From: Amphiscolops sp. MND2022
Lineage: Eukaryota
Direction of reading: 5' to 3'
Assembly: GCA_964187785.1 (NCBI GenBank)
Contig: OZ076409.1
Location: 15,626,001-15,690,000, forward strand
DNA length: 64,000 bases
Positions 1-11,700 of the stretch are shown here, piece by piece (within the stretch, counting starts at the first letter, position 1; each line of letters begins with the position of its first letter). A model generated the notes under the pieces. That model saw nothing but the letters and a program-made list of their open reading frames with translations. It made no database searches and was not told the DNA's origin. The position numbers were made by a program, and so were the translations under genes.

Positions 1-1565
1 ACATATTGTCTGCCATTTTAACATTGCGTGACCACATTTATGCCGTAATTTACGTTACAATAATGGTTTAACAGTCTGTTGCTGTTTCAGATTCAATGAA
101 ATCTTTGACGTGGGACTATTTTGACAAGGCCGCAGACAATTTAACCTGCAAGTGTAAAGAATGCGGGATTACAATAACATGCGGAGACGGCTCCCCTACC
201 AATGCAAATCATCATTTACAACGTAAACATCCAAACATCTATGAAGAAATGGAGAAAAAGAAGAACGCAATCAAACCATCTGTGCCGCCAAAAAACAAGG
301 CCCAAACGAAACTTTCTGCATTTGTTAAACACGACTATTATAACAAGAATAGCGACAGACAGCTACTATTAGAAGAGAAGACAGCCAATATGATTGCTTT
401 GGATTTACAGCCTTTTAGCGTTGTTAACCAGCCAGGATTTCGTGGACTGGTTTCTGCACTTGACCCAAGATTTAAACTACCGTCACGCGAAGCTTTTTCG
501 AGGACAATAATTCCTAAACTATATGAAAAAGAGAGGTTAAAATTGAAAGAGCTTTTTGCTGCGGTAAATTACAATGGCTTATCTTTAACAAGTGATATTT
601 GGACAGCGCGAAATCAAGACGCTTATATTGACGTTACGGCACATTTTATTACCAATTTTAAGATCGAATCGAAGTTACTAGATACAATTGAACAGTGGGA
701 GGAGATGAAGGAGCTCATAAATATTTTGGAGCCTTTTAAAAAGGCCACGGAAGTACTGTCCGGTGAGTCATATCCTACCTTGTCTAGCGTTATTCCCATA
801 CTTCATGGAATTATTACATTTCTCGATCGTTTGGATGAGAATTTGCACTCTGCCAGTGGTCATTTGCTTGTAACATTTCTGAAATCCAATTTGGCCATTC
901 GTTTTCCTGATAACCTGGCTTCAAGTGAACCACATATTCTGTCTATGATCATTGACCCGAGATTCAAAGATGTCTTGTTAGATGAAGAAAAAACGCTACT
1001 CGCAAAAACTAAACTGCTTTCATTTTGGAAATCGTTGAACAAAAATGCAGGAGAAGTTTTTGTAGTTGATCGGGGAGCACCTGAAACATCGCAAAATGAA
1101 GATGCCTTGTGGGGCGCCTTTGAAAACGCTGTTGAGAAAAAGAAAGCAAGAATGGACATGGATAATTCGTCAGCCGAGGATAACTTTTTACGTGAACTGG
1201 AAACCTTTCTTAAGGAGCCGATTATCAATCGACAGGATTGTCCTATCCAATTTTTTGAACAAAATGGCAACAAATTTCCTAGTCTCATACAATGTGCGAA
1301 AATTCTGCTGTCTATTCCGGCCACAGCGGCACCAAGTGAGCGAGTTTGGTCGGATGGAGGAAATACGGTGACATCAGCAAGGGAGTCTCTTTTACCGGAC
1401 ACTTTTAGAATGTTGATGTTTATACGTTCAAACCGAAAATAAATTTTTGGTTCATGTTTTATTTTTTTTTGGAAAAAATCGAATCGATAATCGAATCGCG
1501 ATTCATAGCCTACTAATCGAATCGAAATCGAATCGAAATCAAAATAACTGAATCGCGCAGGCTTA
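1..1565 (+). mobile_element. hAT DNA transposon, right part (left end outside window)
   Basis: Transposase ORF followed by subterminal AATCGA repeats (1477-1540) and terminus ...AATCGCGCAGGCTTA (revcomp TAAGCCTGCGCGATT), hAT-like TIR. TSD cannot be checked. Confidence 0.75.
96..1442 (+). CDS. hAT-family transposase (BED zinc finger + hATC dimerisation domain), internally deleted
   Basis: N-terminal BED finger (WDYF...CKEC...HLQRKH), DLQPFSVV motif, first catalytic motif LTSDIWT, C-terminal SIPATAAPSERVWS. The central block (second Asp, CxxH, TRWNS) is absent. Confidence 0.9.
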   Translation: MKSLTWDYFDKAADNLTCKCKECGITITCGDGSPTNANHHLQRKHPNIYEEMEKKKNAIKPSVPPKNKAQTKLSAFVKHDYYNKNSDRQLLLEEKTANMIALDLQPFSVVNQPGFRGLVSALDPRFKLPSREAFSRTIIPKLYEKERLKLKELFAAVNYNGLSLTSDIWTARNQDAYIDVTAHFITNFKIESKLLDTIEQWEEMKELINILEPFKKATEVLSGESYPTLSSVIPILHGIITFLDRLDENLHSASGHLLVTFLKSNLAIRFPDNLASSEPHILSMIIDPRFKDVLLDEEKTLLAKTKLLSFWKSLNKNAGEVFVVDRGAPETSQNEDALWGAFENAVEKKKARMDMDNSSAEDNFLRELETFLKEPIINRQDCPIQFFEQNGNKFPSLIQCAKILLSIPATAAPSERVWSDGGNTVTSARESLLPDTFRMLMFIRSNRK

Positions 1566-2269
1566 GTGCTAACTATTGAATGTATGATAAGCAAAACGTA
1601 TTCTTAAATTACACGGTTAGTTTGGTCTGAAATATGGCTTCTTTTTTGAAAGACAGTCATTATACTTTTGGTTTTTGCTATGAGTCCTTTTGTGTTATTT
1701 AGATCCAGAAACATATGAGTCTGTTGCAAGAAGCTTACCAAGGCATGGTGCAGAAAGTGGAAAATCTGAAACATGAAAAGATTCTCTCCCAAGATCGAAT
1801 TTCGAGAGCGTCGCTTCTGACTGATGCCCTAGCTGGGGAAAAGGTATACTGCTTCCAATAATATATAAACTTCTAATTTCGTTGTCATTTTGACAAGTCG
1901 TGGATCTGCGAAAATCTGGTCATTTCCAAGAAGTACTTCTCTGGCTGATATCAAAAGAGAAAATGAATCTCTCTCAGTCAATTGGGAGTCATTTTTTAAA
2001 ATTGGGAGTCCCTTTTCGGGTCGATATCTGAAATGGCACCGTGCGAAGCAAACCTATGGTGGTCTGCAACGCTAATAATGGCCCAGGGTTCAAGGGGGAC
2101 AATTTTTTGGATGAATGATGAGATTGTGTCGATACACTGCAAGCTGTAGAGTCTGCTTGCAATGTCAGTAACCGTCCCAATATCCCAATATATACTTGGT
2201 GCTCCTCTTTAAGATGGATTAATTTATGAAATAAAACACCAACACCTAATCCGTACATATTTTTTTCAG

Positions 2270-2716
2270 GATCGATGGATTTCGTCGATAGCCGAATTCG
2301 AACATCTTCTACATTTCGTAGCCGGAGACATCCTAGTCTCAGCCGCTTCAGTCGCATTCAATGGGGCTTTCAACGCCTCTTTCAGATCTCAACTCGTAGA
2401 CGAGTACAAACAATTGTGCTCCAAAAACCGAATCAAACTCACAGATGGTGTCAATCTCACCAACTCGCTTTCACACCCCCATGAAGTTCTTCAGCTTTAC
2501 AGCGAAGGTCTTCCCAAGGACTCTCATTCGACGGATAATGCACTGATCATAAAGAAGAGCATCCACTTCCCGCTGATCATTGACCCGCAAGGTCAAGCTG
2601 TGAAGTGGATCAACCAGATGGCTGGTACTAAACTGAAGAAGACAAAACTCAACGACCCCAACCTGATGCGAACTTTGGAAAACGCGCTTCGTGTGGGGGA
2701 CCCTCTTCTGATAGAA
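2270..2716 (+). CDS. dynein heavy chain exon
   Basis: tttcag acceptor; DRWISS...GDILVSAA...GLPKDSHS...[14 protein letters not shown]; gttagt donor. Confidence 0.92.
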
Positions 2717-5700
2717 GTTAGTTCTCAAGATTTCTCCTCATAGTGATTCAAAGCTAGACAAAGGGGCTGAATCTCATTCTGCATACTGGTTCTCATTGGC
2801 TCTTGAAAAACCAAGATTTTTTTCCAATATAAAACGGTATCGAATTGCTGATAAAGGCATGCATTAGCAAATCGATGCCATTTTGTATCTCAAAAAATCT
2901 TGGCTTTTTCTGCAGACATCTAGAAATTTTACAACTTTTCGCTCAATACAATACGGTTCTTTCGTTTCTGAAATGAGTCACCAGGTGTTTTTTCTGTTAA
3001 AAAGTAGCTTGTATAAATTGAAGTTTTTGTATATTTGAGAGTTTTTTTATATACAGAGACCACCATCTCCAAAAATTCATTTTCCAGGGTTTCCTTGAAA
3101 ACGTTGACCCCGCACTGACCCCGGTGCTGCTAAAGCAGACCAAAACTGTGGGCGGACAAGAGGTCGTGACCTTGGGCGACCGAGAGATAGAGTTCAACCG
3201 GAACTTCTCCCTGTACATGGTGACCTCTCTGCCCAACCCCCACTACCTGCCCACTGTTTGCATCAAGGTCAACCTGGTCAACTTCATGGTCACCTTCGAG
3301 GGTCTCCAGGACCAGCTGCTGTCAACTGTCGTGCAGCAGGTTTGAATCATTTCCTGTTTTAACAACTTGAAGCTCGTTCGTAACATCTCAAATTTGAAAA
3401 TAAGTACTTAAATAATTGAATTGCTAACTATTAATACACACTGTTAATTGATCGGCACTTGATTGAAAATAAAACACGGCTATTGTGATGGCTTTTCGTC
3501 GGTTTTTTTTTCAATCCTCATGATTTGACCAAAATACGTCTACAAAAGTTTTACAAATCTCTAAAATTTTGAATTGTACTATTTGGCCCACCGAACTGAA
3601 CTATATTAATTACCTTTCTTAATACTAACAATATATTGCCCTATATCCGAATTTTTGACGGTATGTCCGAATTAAACTGCGTTCCACTAAGGAGGAGGTG
3701 TGGGTTCGAATCTTGTCTGTTTTCATGTTTGGTTTCCCTCCAAATTGAAAAGAAGGGCATTATATATGAATGTTTGACGTTATATCCCAAGTGATTGATG
3801 TTTTTGTGGGAAAAGAACCTGAAAAGCTTTGGTTTTTGATAGTATTGGTCAGCAGGGTTGCGGCGTTTTGAACAAGCTTTGTTTACACAATTGTTTTGTT
3901 TGTTTTACGCACCCCTAGATTTTATATGAGTAGCTAGCTCGCTAATGAATTTTTTTCAGATCACATGAAAAATGAGTTGTTCCGGTCGCAAGCGTGACTC
4001 AATTTGGATCGAATTTATTCAACAGGGAAACCGAGCAAGGTGTAACCTCTTCAACAAAGAAATGACAGGACTTGTGGAGAGAATGAAAAAGCTTTTTCAA
4101 GATGCTCATAAAGATTTGCTTATAATCTTTTGGAATGGTATGTTAAGTCTTGGCCTTTTCTCAAACAGTACATCGAACAAAATCCAGAAACATTTCGAAA
4201 TGGCCAAGTACTGGAAGTCGCAAAACCTCTAAGAGACATCGTTCTTTTTAAAAACGTTGAGGACGCAGTAAATCTTCTGAAACCAAATTCAGAAGCACTT
4301 AACATCGTTCAGTCCAATAGTTGTTCCGTCGGTGACACAGTCGACACTCGGAAAAAACTGCTACAGGTTTCCGTGACCAAGGTTCTGAAACAATGTAATG
4401 GCTGGAGAAGGCAGAAAAAAGGTACAATTGTTCAGTTCCGGACTCCTGGTTTGCCGCGTACTTGCTCTGTCTTAAGTTCGTGGGTGATGAGTTGACTGAA
4501 GCGGAACTGAAAAAAGCGGATGCATGGATAAAGAAAAATCATCCGGACTGCCGATCAGCCTTGATTGATTTCATTGCTGAAAGAGAGCGATCATTAAGTC
4601 TGATTTCAAAGAAGGGGGTCGCAAACAACGTGTCAACTATTTGATCTGTCAGATTATGATGGGAAACCTTCCTTCTGAAATGTACAATTTGGCTTGCAAA
4701 TTGGCGAAACTTTCACCCATCTCCGCTGGTCTGGAGCGAATGTTTAGCACAATGGGATTCATCCAAAACGATTTGCGAAATCGACTTGGACTAAAGAAAC
4801 TCGAGAAACTCACTTTCGCACAACGTGTGCTTTTAAATTGACGTTTTTTTTTGTTTTGAACATGTTTAAACCGCTTAAAACATTTTTAAACAAGAATTTT
4901 GTTTTTTTTTCGCATTCCTGTTGGTGAGAATAAAAGCAAAAAAGTCTTTTAAAGCCTATATAGTCCTCGCTTCGGATTTTTTGGTATTGGGAAATTAAGA
5001 ATTACTTCCAAAGTGAATCATTGACGCTTTGAAGTACTTTTGTTCTTTTGAGCCTTAAGCGACGCGCCGACTTACACTGTTCCCGGCTTGTTTATATTGA
5101 AATAATTCCACAATTCATTTCACTAGAGTGGAAATAAGTAGAAAAGGTTGCAGATTGAGGAATTTTTCACGTGATTCATCTGAGCAGTAAAAATAATCTT
5201 TTACTGAAAGTTTTATCATCTTTCAGTAATCATATCATCACATGCCATGACGATTGCATCGAAAAATATATCGTGTACAATGTATGTGCAATCAGAACGA
5301 TGTTTCAAAACACTCGTTCAACGTTGTAAAATTTTGTCTGCAAATCACAGTTGTCGTGCGTGGTCATTAGTGAATTAAGTTTTACCAAAAAACGCGCTTA
5401 TCGCTCGTTGAGCTTGTGATTGGCGCGCTAACCCTTAGGCGGCGACTTTTGGTAGAAAACTTTGGCTCAGCGAATTTAAGTTTTATAGAGCTGTACTTTC
5501 TTGACAACTTGCCGAACGTTTGGAATTTCGAATAGGTTACTCCCGTTTCTCAACAAAGTACCATCATAAGAGACAAATATGTTTACTTACTTGTGTCGAG
5601 TGAAACGCTCAGTGCAAAAAAAGGTGTCAGGACATTTCATCCTATGCAATTTCAACCTATGCATTTTCAACCGTTGCCATTTCAATCGCTGACAATTTCA

Positions 5701-8700
5701 ACCTATTGCATTTTCAACCGTCCGCCATTTCGACCTAAACTGATTTTGGCTAAAGGATTCTAATTAGTTACATAATTATTTTGGTGGTTTTAACTTTCAT
5801 ACATTTCTAAATTGAAATTTGCTAATTTTTACGCCAGTTTTGATACGTTCTGGCTTCTTCATGAATAATTACTATTAATTAAGGCTGTTTGATCCATTAG
5901 TAATTAATGCACTAGAATAATAACTCAATCGAATTAAGACTAAATAGCCAAAATCAGTTTAGGTCGAAATGGCGGACGGTTGAAAATGCAATAGGTTGAA
6001 ATTGTGAGCGGTTGAAATGGCAACGGTTGAAATTGCATAGGTTGAAAGTGTAATGGACGAAATGTCATGTAATCCAAAAAATTGTCACTGTACCAGTTGG
6101 GCATTTAGTATTACCAAAACAGATAAAATTTTCGACCAATCCAATCAGATAAGCGCAAATATCAAGTTTTGCTTTTTCTGTCGGCGCTTATTCGGCTATT
6201 ATGTCACTTTCGCGCTTTCGCTTACAAGCGACCTAATTCACTGGTTGTCATGGGCGTAAAAATGATGCCATAAATGGCATCAATTTTATGTCCATTTACG
6301 GAGAACTGTTCTAAAGTACAATGAATGAATTGAATTTCAGGAGAAGCCTCTCTTGGAAGAGCAAAAACGGGAAAACCTGGAGTCACTTGCTCGGGACACT
6401 GGCACAATAAGAGAACTGGAGAAGAAGTCTCTCAGACTCCTTCAGAGCAGCGAAGGGCATCTGCTGGATCAACAGGATCTCATTGAAACCTTGCGACAAA
6501 GCAAAACTATATCAGCTGAAATCAAGGAGCGAATCAACATTTCCAAATCTACAGCTGAAAACATTCAAGCTGTTCGGGACCAGTATCTCCCGGTAATCAG
6601 GCGTCATCAAATTGAATTCACCATTTGGATTCACATTCAAATTGCTTACGGGCCTAACTCATGAACCAGATGTAACAAATTGGATGCGGGACAAAACAGC
6701 CGATTTTAAAACCAGACAAAACAGCCGATTTTCAAAACGGGACAAAATGAGTGCTGTACAGCCAATATACATGGAACTTGATTTATTTGAAGAGATTAGC
6801 ATATTTGTTGTATGGCTCGGTCGCTTCGCTCCCTTCGCCAAGTAGCAACATTAAGGCATGGCCATATGCCACGTCGCTTCGCTCCTGCATTTAGGGCACT
6901 AGGGGTATGTGAACATAGCTGAGCTGACTACGTTATAATAATAATTTTATTGACTGCTAATCTTACGCATTGACAAAATCGGCGATTTTTATTTTTACCA
7001 ATCGGCGATTTTGTACTGTTTTAAAATCGGCTGTTTTGTCCTATTTTGAAAATCCGCTGTTTTGTCCCGTTTACAATTGGCTGTTTTGTCCCGCTCCCAA
7101 CAAATTGATTGCAAATTGAAAAGTAATAATTTTAGATTCTCCACCTTAATTTTGTTGGTCCTTTTTCTGGCAAAGATATTATATACATATAATATGGGTT
7201 TTTAGTTTATCAGATTTATCTTTTGATTCCAGATAATGAAAACCTTTGGAAATTGATTTTTATTACCATCTTGAAAAAAATTTCGGAACTATGACCATTA
7301 AATTAGGTTTCACCAAAAAACGCGCTTATCGCTTGCTGCGCTTGTCACTGGCCCGCTAAAATTTTGGAAGAAAACTTTGGTGCAGCGAATTTAAGTTTTC
7401 AAACGCTGCAATTTCTTGACAACATTTCGAACTTTTGGAAATTTCGATCGGGTACTCCCTTTTGTCAACAAACTGAAACGCTCAGTATAAAACTTGTCAC
7501 TCTAAGAGCTGGGCACTTTTTTTTAAACCTAATCAAAATAGCTAAAAGTTTTCGACCAATTAGGTAAGCTCAAATTTCAGTCGCCGCTTTTGCTCTCGGC
7601 GCTTATTCGGATATTACGTCGCTTTCGCTTCTTTTGCGTTCTCCCTTACAAGCGACCTAATCCACTGCTAATAACCCTCAGTTTTTCAAGGTTGCGAAAC
7701 GAGCCGCGATTCTCTACTTTGTTCTGGCCGATTTGAGCTACATTGACATCATGTATCAGTTCTCACTGCCTTGGTTCAGAGGCATCTTCCAGAGAAGCAT
7801 TGACAGCTCCACCATGGAGAAGGAAGCAACCCAAGAATATAATTCCGATGACGTCACTCAAGAATCCCTGACAGCTTTGCTCAACTCCATGAATACTAGG
7901 TTCTATCTTTGGTTCAATTACGATCTGCATGTGAAAACTCAACAGTAATCGTTTGTTTTTTTTTCTTCTGAAATTTGTTATTGCTGTTGTGAAGAAGAAA
8001 TGATGTGGAAACAAGAATTTGTTCATCTACCGTGAATAGGTTCTGCCTCGTAACTTCTAAAACATTTTGGCTTCCTATTTGTTGGTAATTCAAATATTCT
8101 CTACAAATGATGAGATTAAATATATTGCTAGACGTTTCAGAAAACACGTAGTTTTGGATTTTTTCGAAAAAAAAACTGTTGAGTTTAGTGAAATAGCTGC
8201 CGTGTCGGAGTTTCTCAGGGATTTGATGAGTGGTTTATATCAGCGGCAGCTTATAAAATACCACAATATGATAAATTTTAAATTTCCTCAGAGTATCTAC
8301 GGAGTATTATAGGCGTCGGCGGTCCGGGAAATTTCAAACTCGGTTCGGTTCGGGCCAAAAAATCGGTTTTCAACTTCGGTTCGGTTTTTTAAAGTCTATG
8401 CTAGTTGAGAATGCCGTGAAATTTTGAAAAACTTCCCTGCATCTTAGAAAAACCCTGGAAAACTTCCGTGCATTTTGTAGAAACTTGGAAAAATATCCAC
8501 TAACAGGGCTGTTCAAACATGAATTGTCATAACAATAATTGTCATTTTTTCTACTGGTACAAGAAAATGTGATCAATGGAAAAAATGCAATAAAAATTGT
8601 AACATGTAAATAAATGTAACATTTTGTTCCTGCGTCACTGCGTAATTCATTCGCCGGTTTTTGAAACAGCGCTGAGAAAGTATCAGAACGGAGAGGAAAT

Positions 8701-11700
8701 TGCAAGTCTGGAAAAGGAAAGTCAAATTTTCTTGGAAGTCAACCGGGACTTTCTGTTTTTCTTTTAATTTCAAATGTTTTACATATATGTTCTACAATAC
8801 GGTGAACTCAGACATTATTTTAGTAATATACAGTGTTTTTAGATCTTATTCCAGTGATACGAATTTGTTTACCACACTGGCACATGTAGACTAGTTGTTT
8901 ACATCATATTGTAGCGTCTGTGCTCACAAAATTGATCAATGAAAAAAACGGCGAGAAGCAGTTGTTGTTAGTTGTTCTATTTCTAAAAAATGCGAGGTTA
9001 TATGCTGGGATATACGCCGCTATTTCACAACACCTTGGTTAATACCGAGTACATGTAAACCGAACCGAAATGAATTTTCAGTTTTCGGTTTTCGGTTCAT
9101 GTACGAGTCGGTTCGGTTTTCGGTTCGGTTCGGTTAACCGCCGACCCCTAGAGTATTAGAATGATAGGACTAATTTTTTTCTTGATAGAACTCATAAAAC
9201 ACGAAAATTACAGGAAAAAATCAAGTTATTAGCTGAATCAACAAACTTGAATAGTCTCAGAAAAAAATTTCCAGTAAATTTTATGAGCGAAAAAAGAGTG
9301 ATCTCAAAACCATGATTTTTAAAAGGAACTTCATCGTGACCTTAGATTTACAAAATTTCTAAATTTGATTATTTTTTCAATGTTTAGATTGACGAGCAAC
9401 GTGTACAAAGTTGTGTCGCAGGCAGTTTTCTCGCACGACCTGCTTCTGTTTTCCTTCCACATCTACAGCAGCATAGAGAGGGCGGCGGACAAGATCTCGC
9501 CCGAGGAGTGGAACGTGTTCCTCCACACCGACACCCTCGCTGACCTCAACGCAGAGGACAACGGCAAGACACAGGACCACACAAACAGCTAGTTGACATT
9601 TCAATTAATTGAGGGAGGGGGGGGGGGTTAAGATTTAATGTCAACAAGCCGGGATCGGCGGCCCAAGTCGGCGCCATACCTAAGGCTCAAAAATAGCAAA
9701 AGGACTTCAAAATGTCAAAGTATTGATGAATTGGGGACCCTTTATGGGAAAAAAAACGGAAAAAAGTTTCACAATGCCGAAAAAAACTGAAAGGGAGGCC
9801 TTTTGGGATTTTTCAACATTCATTTTGTCGCAAAACTCGAAAAAAATTAAAGGGGAACCCTTTGGTGGAAAAATTTTCGAAAAAAGTCGAACAATGCCGA
9901 AAAAAACTGAAAGGGAGGCCCTTTGGGATTTTTCAACATTCATTTTGTCGCAAAACTCGAAAAAAAATTAAAGGGGAACCCTTTGGTGGAAAAATTTTCG
10001 AAAAAAGTCGAACAATGCCGAAAAAAAATTGAAAGGGGGACCCTTTAGTCTCGCCCGGTAATGTATGTTACGCGAAAAAAAAAGAAAACCCTTTTTGGTT
10101 TAGTTCCCTGGGCCAACAGGTGAAATTTGAAATTTTGTAGAACTTTTGGTTGAACTATTTTGATCACTTCAGGTGGTCTTAAAAAAACACTGACGAAAAG
10201 CCATGACTATAGTCGGCTCTTTTCAGGAAAAGTGCCGACTAAAAATGGGAATAAGATCTAAACTTTCAGGACTGGAATAAGATCAAAAGGGAATAAGACC
10301 TAAAATTTTAGATTTTATTTCCCTTTTCGAAGTCGGGCATGTCGAAATTTTAGATCTTATTCCATGAGATCTTATTTTTTAGATCTCTCTCCCCCCCTCC
10401 CTCAATGAATTTCCAATAAACGAAGCATCGATTCTTTTTTAAAAAAAATATCTACAGACGAAGTTTCGAGACTTCATTTAAAGCCTTTTCACTGACAAAT
10501 CATGCGTAATGGGTTTTCATTTGGTTTCAGATTCTATTCCGTACTCAAGATTACAGAAGGTGCTAGACTCTCAGACCAATGAATGTCTGTTCCAATGGAT
10601 CTCGAGGGTGGCGTGGAAACAGTGCCAATTCCTGTCTTCCTCTCTGGAAGTGTTCCACAATCTCAACCGGTACATTTTGGCCAATCCCCACCAATGGCTT
10701 GAGTTCGGACGAAGCTCCTCTCCCTTCGAAGTGCTCTTTAAACCTCCTTTGACTCACGAAACCTCGGACGCACAAATAGGTGACTAGTTTTTTCATTCAT
10801 TTTGTGTTTCTTATCTCAAAAAGTTATTTCTGATACAATATTCCTTAGTCCTTTGTGAAATAAAACGCGACCATTATAGTGGTTTTTCTGCGTGCTTTTT
10901 TTCTTTTTTTTCGGTCGAAGTGACCATTTCATGCCGAATGCCAAAATTCTGCAGAAATTCTACAAAATGTCAGATTGGTCGAAAAAGTGCTCTGTTTCAT
11001 GTTTTGACAAAGTTATTTCAATGAAATTATTTTGGGCTATTTTTCGGCACTGAGACTTTTTTCCGAGAAAAAATTCAATTTTTAGAAGGGTTCCTCTTTG
11101 CTTCTTTGATATATTTAGTTTTAATAAGTCTTTCTAGATTTTTTTTAATAAGCCCAAAAAGTCACCCTTTTGGATTTTCGGTACTGTGCGACTTTTTTCG
11201 GGCAAATTTCATTTCACAAAAGGGTTTTCGGTTTGGGTTTTGGTCCTTTTAGAAAGAAAAAGCCCTCGCAAGCCCAAAAACGAACGAGCTTTTCGGCACT
11301 GTGGTATTGAGAATTATTCAAAAACAGTTCCTTTAAAGCTTTGTAGTACTTTGCGCATTTTGAGCCTTAAGAGAGACCCCGATTTATGTATTCCCGGTTT
11401 CGTTGCTATCCCCATAGTATAACTCGGAGACTGAATGAAGATGATAATCATTTAGCGTCATTATTCCGTAACTAAAGCTATGGTTTTGAAGCATGAATAC
11501 TTTATCTTCAAATGGCCACAAAGTTCAAAGTTTGAATAATTTTTGAAGTTTATCACTAACATTGTAAGAATCTCTAAACGTACATAAATATTTAGAATTG
11601 AGTGTCATCTTGATTGTGTTAATCAGTTCTTTCAATACATGTCTAGTGACCGATTCAGTTCAAGTTCAGTGTTATACGAAAGAATAACGTAAGTTTTTCT

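Noticed and set aside
860..1594. 244-aa minus-strand ORF
   Set aside because: Antisense shadow of the hAT transposase with no motif of its own.
3690..3720. GGTTCGAATC B-box-like motif (similar at ~23807 on the minus strand)
   Set aside because: No clear A box or cloverleaf; at most a SINE or tRNA remnant.
9760..10030. Repeated ~120-bp units and the ORFs over them
   Set aside because: Internal tandem repeat of the Helentron-type element, not a gene or CRISPR array.
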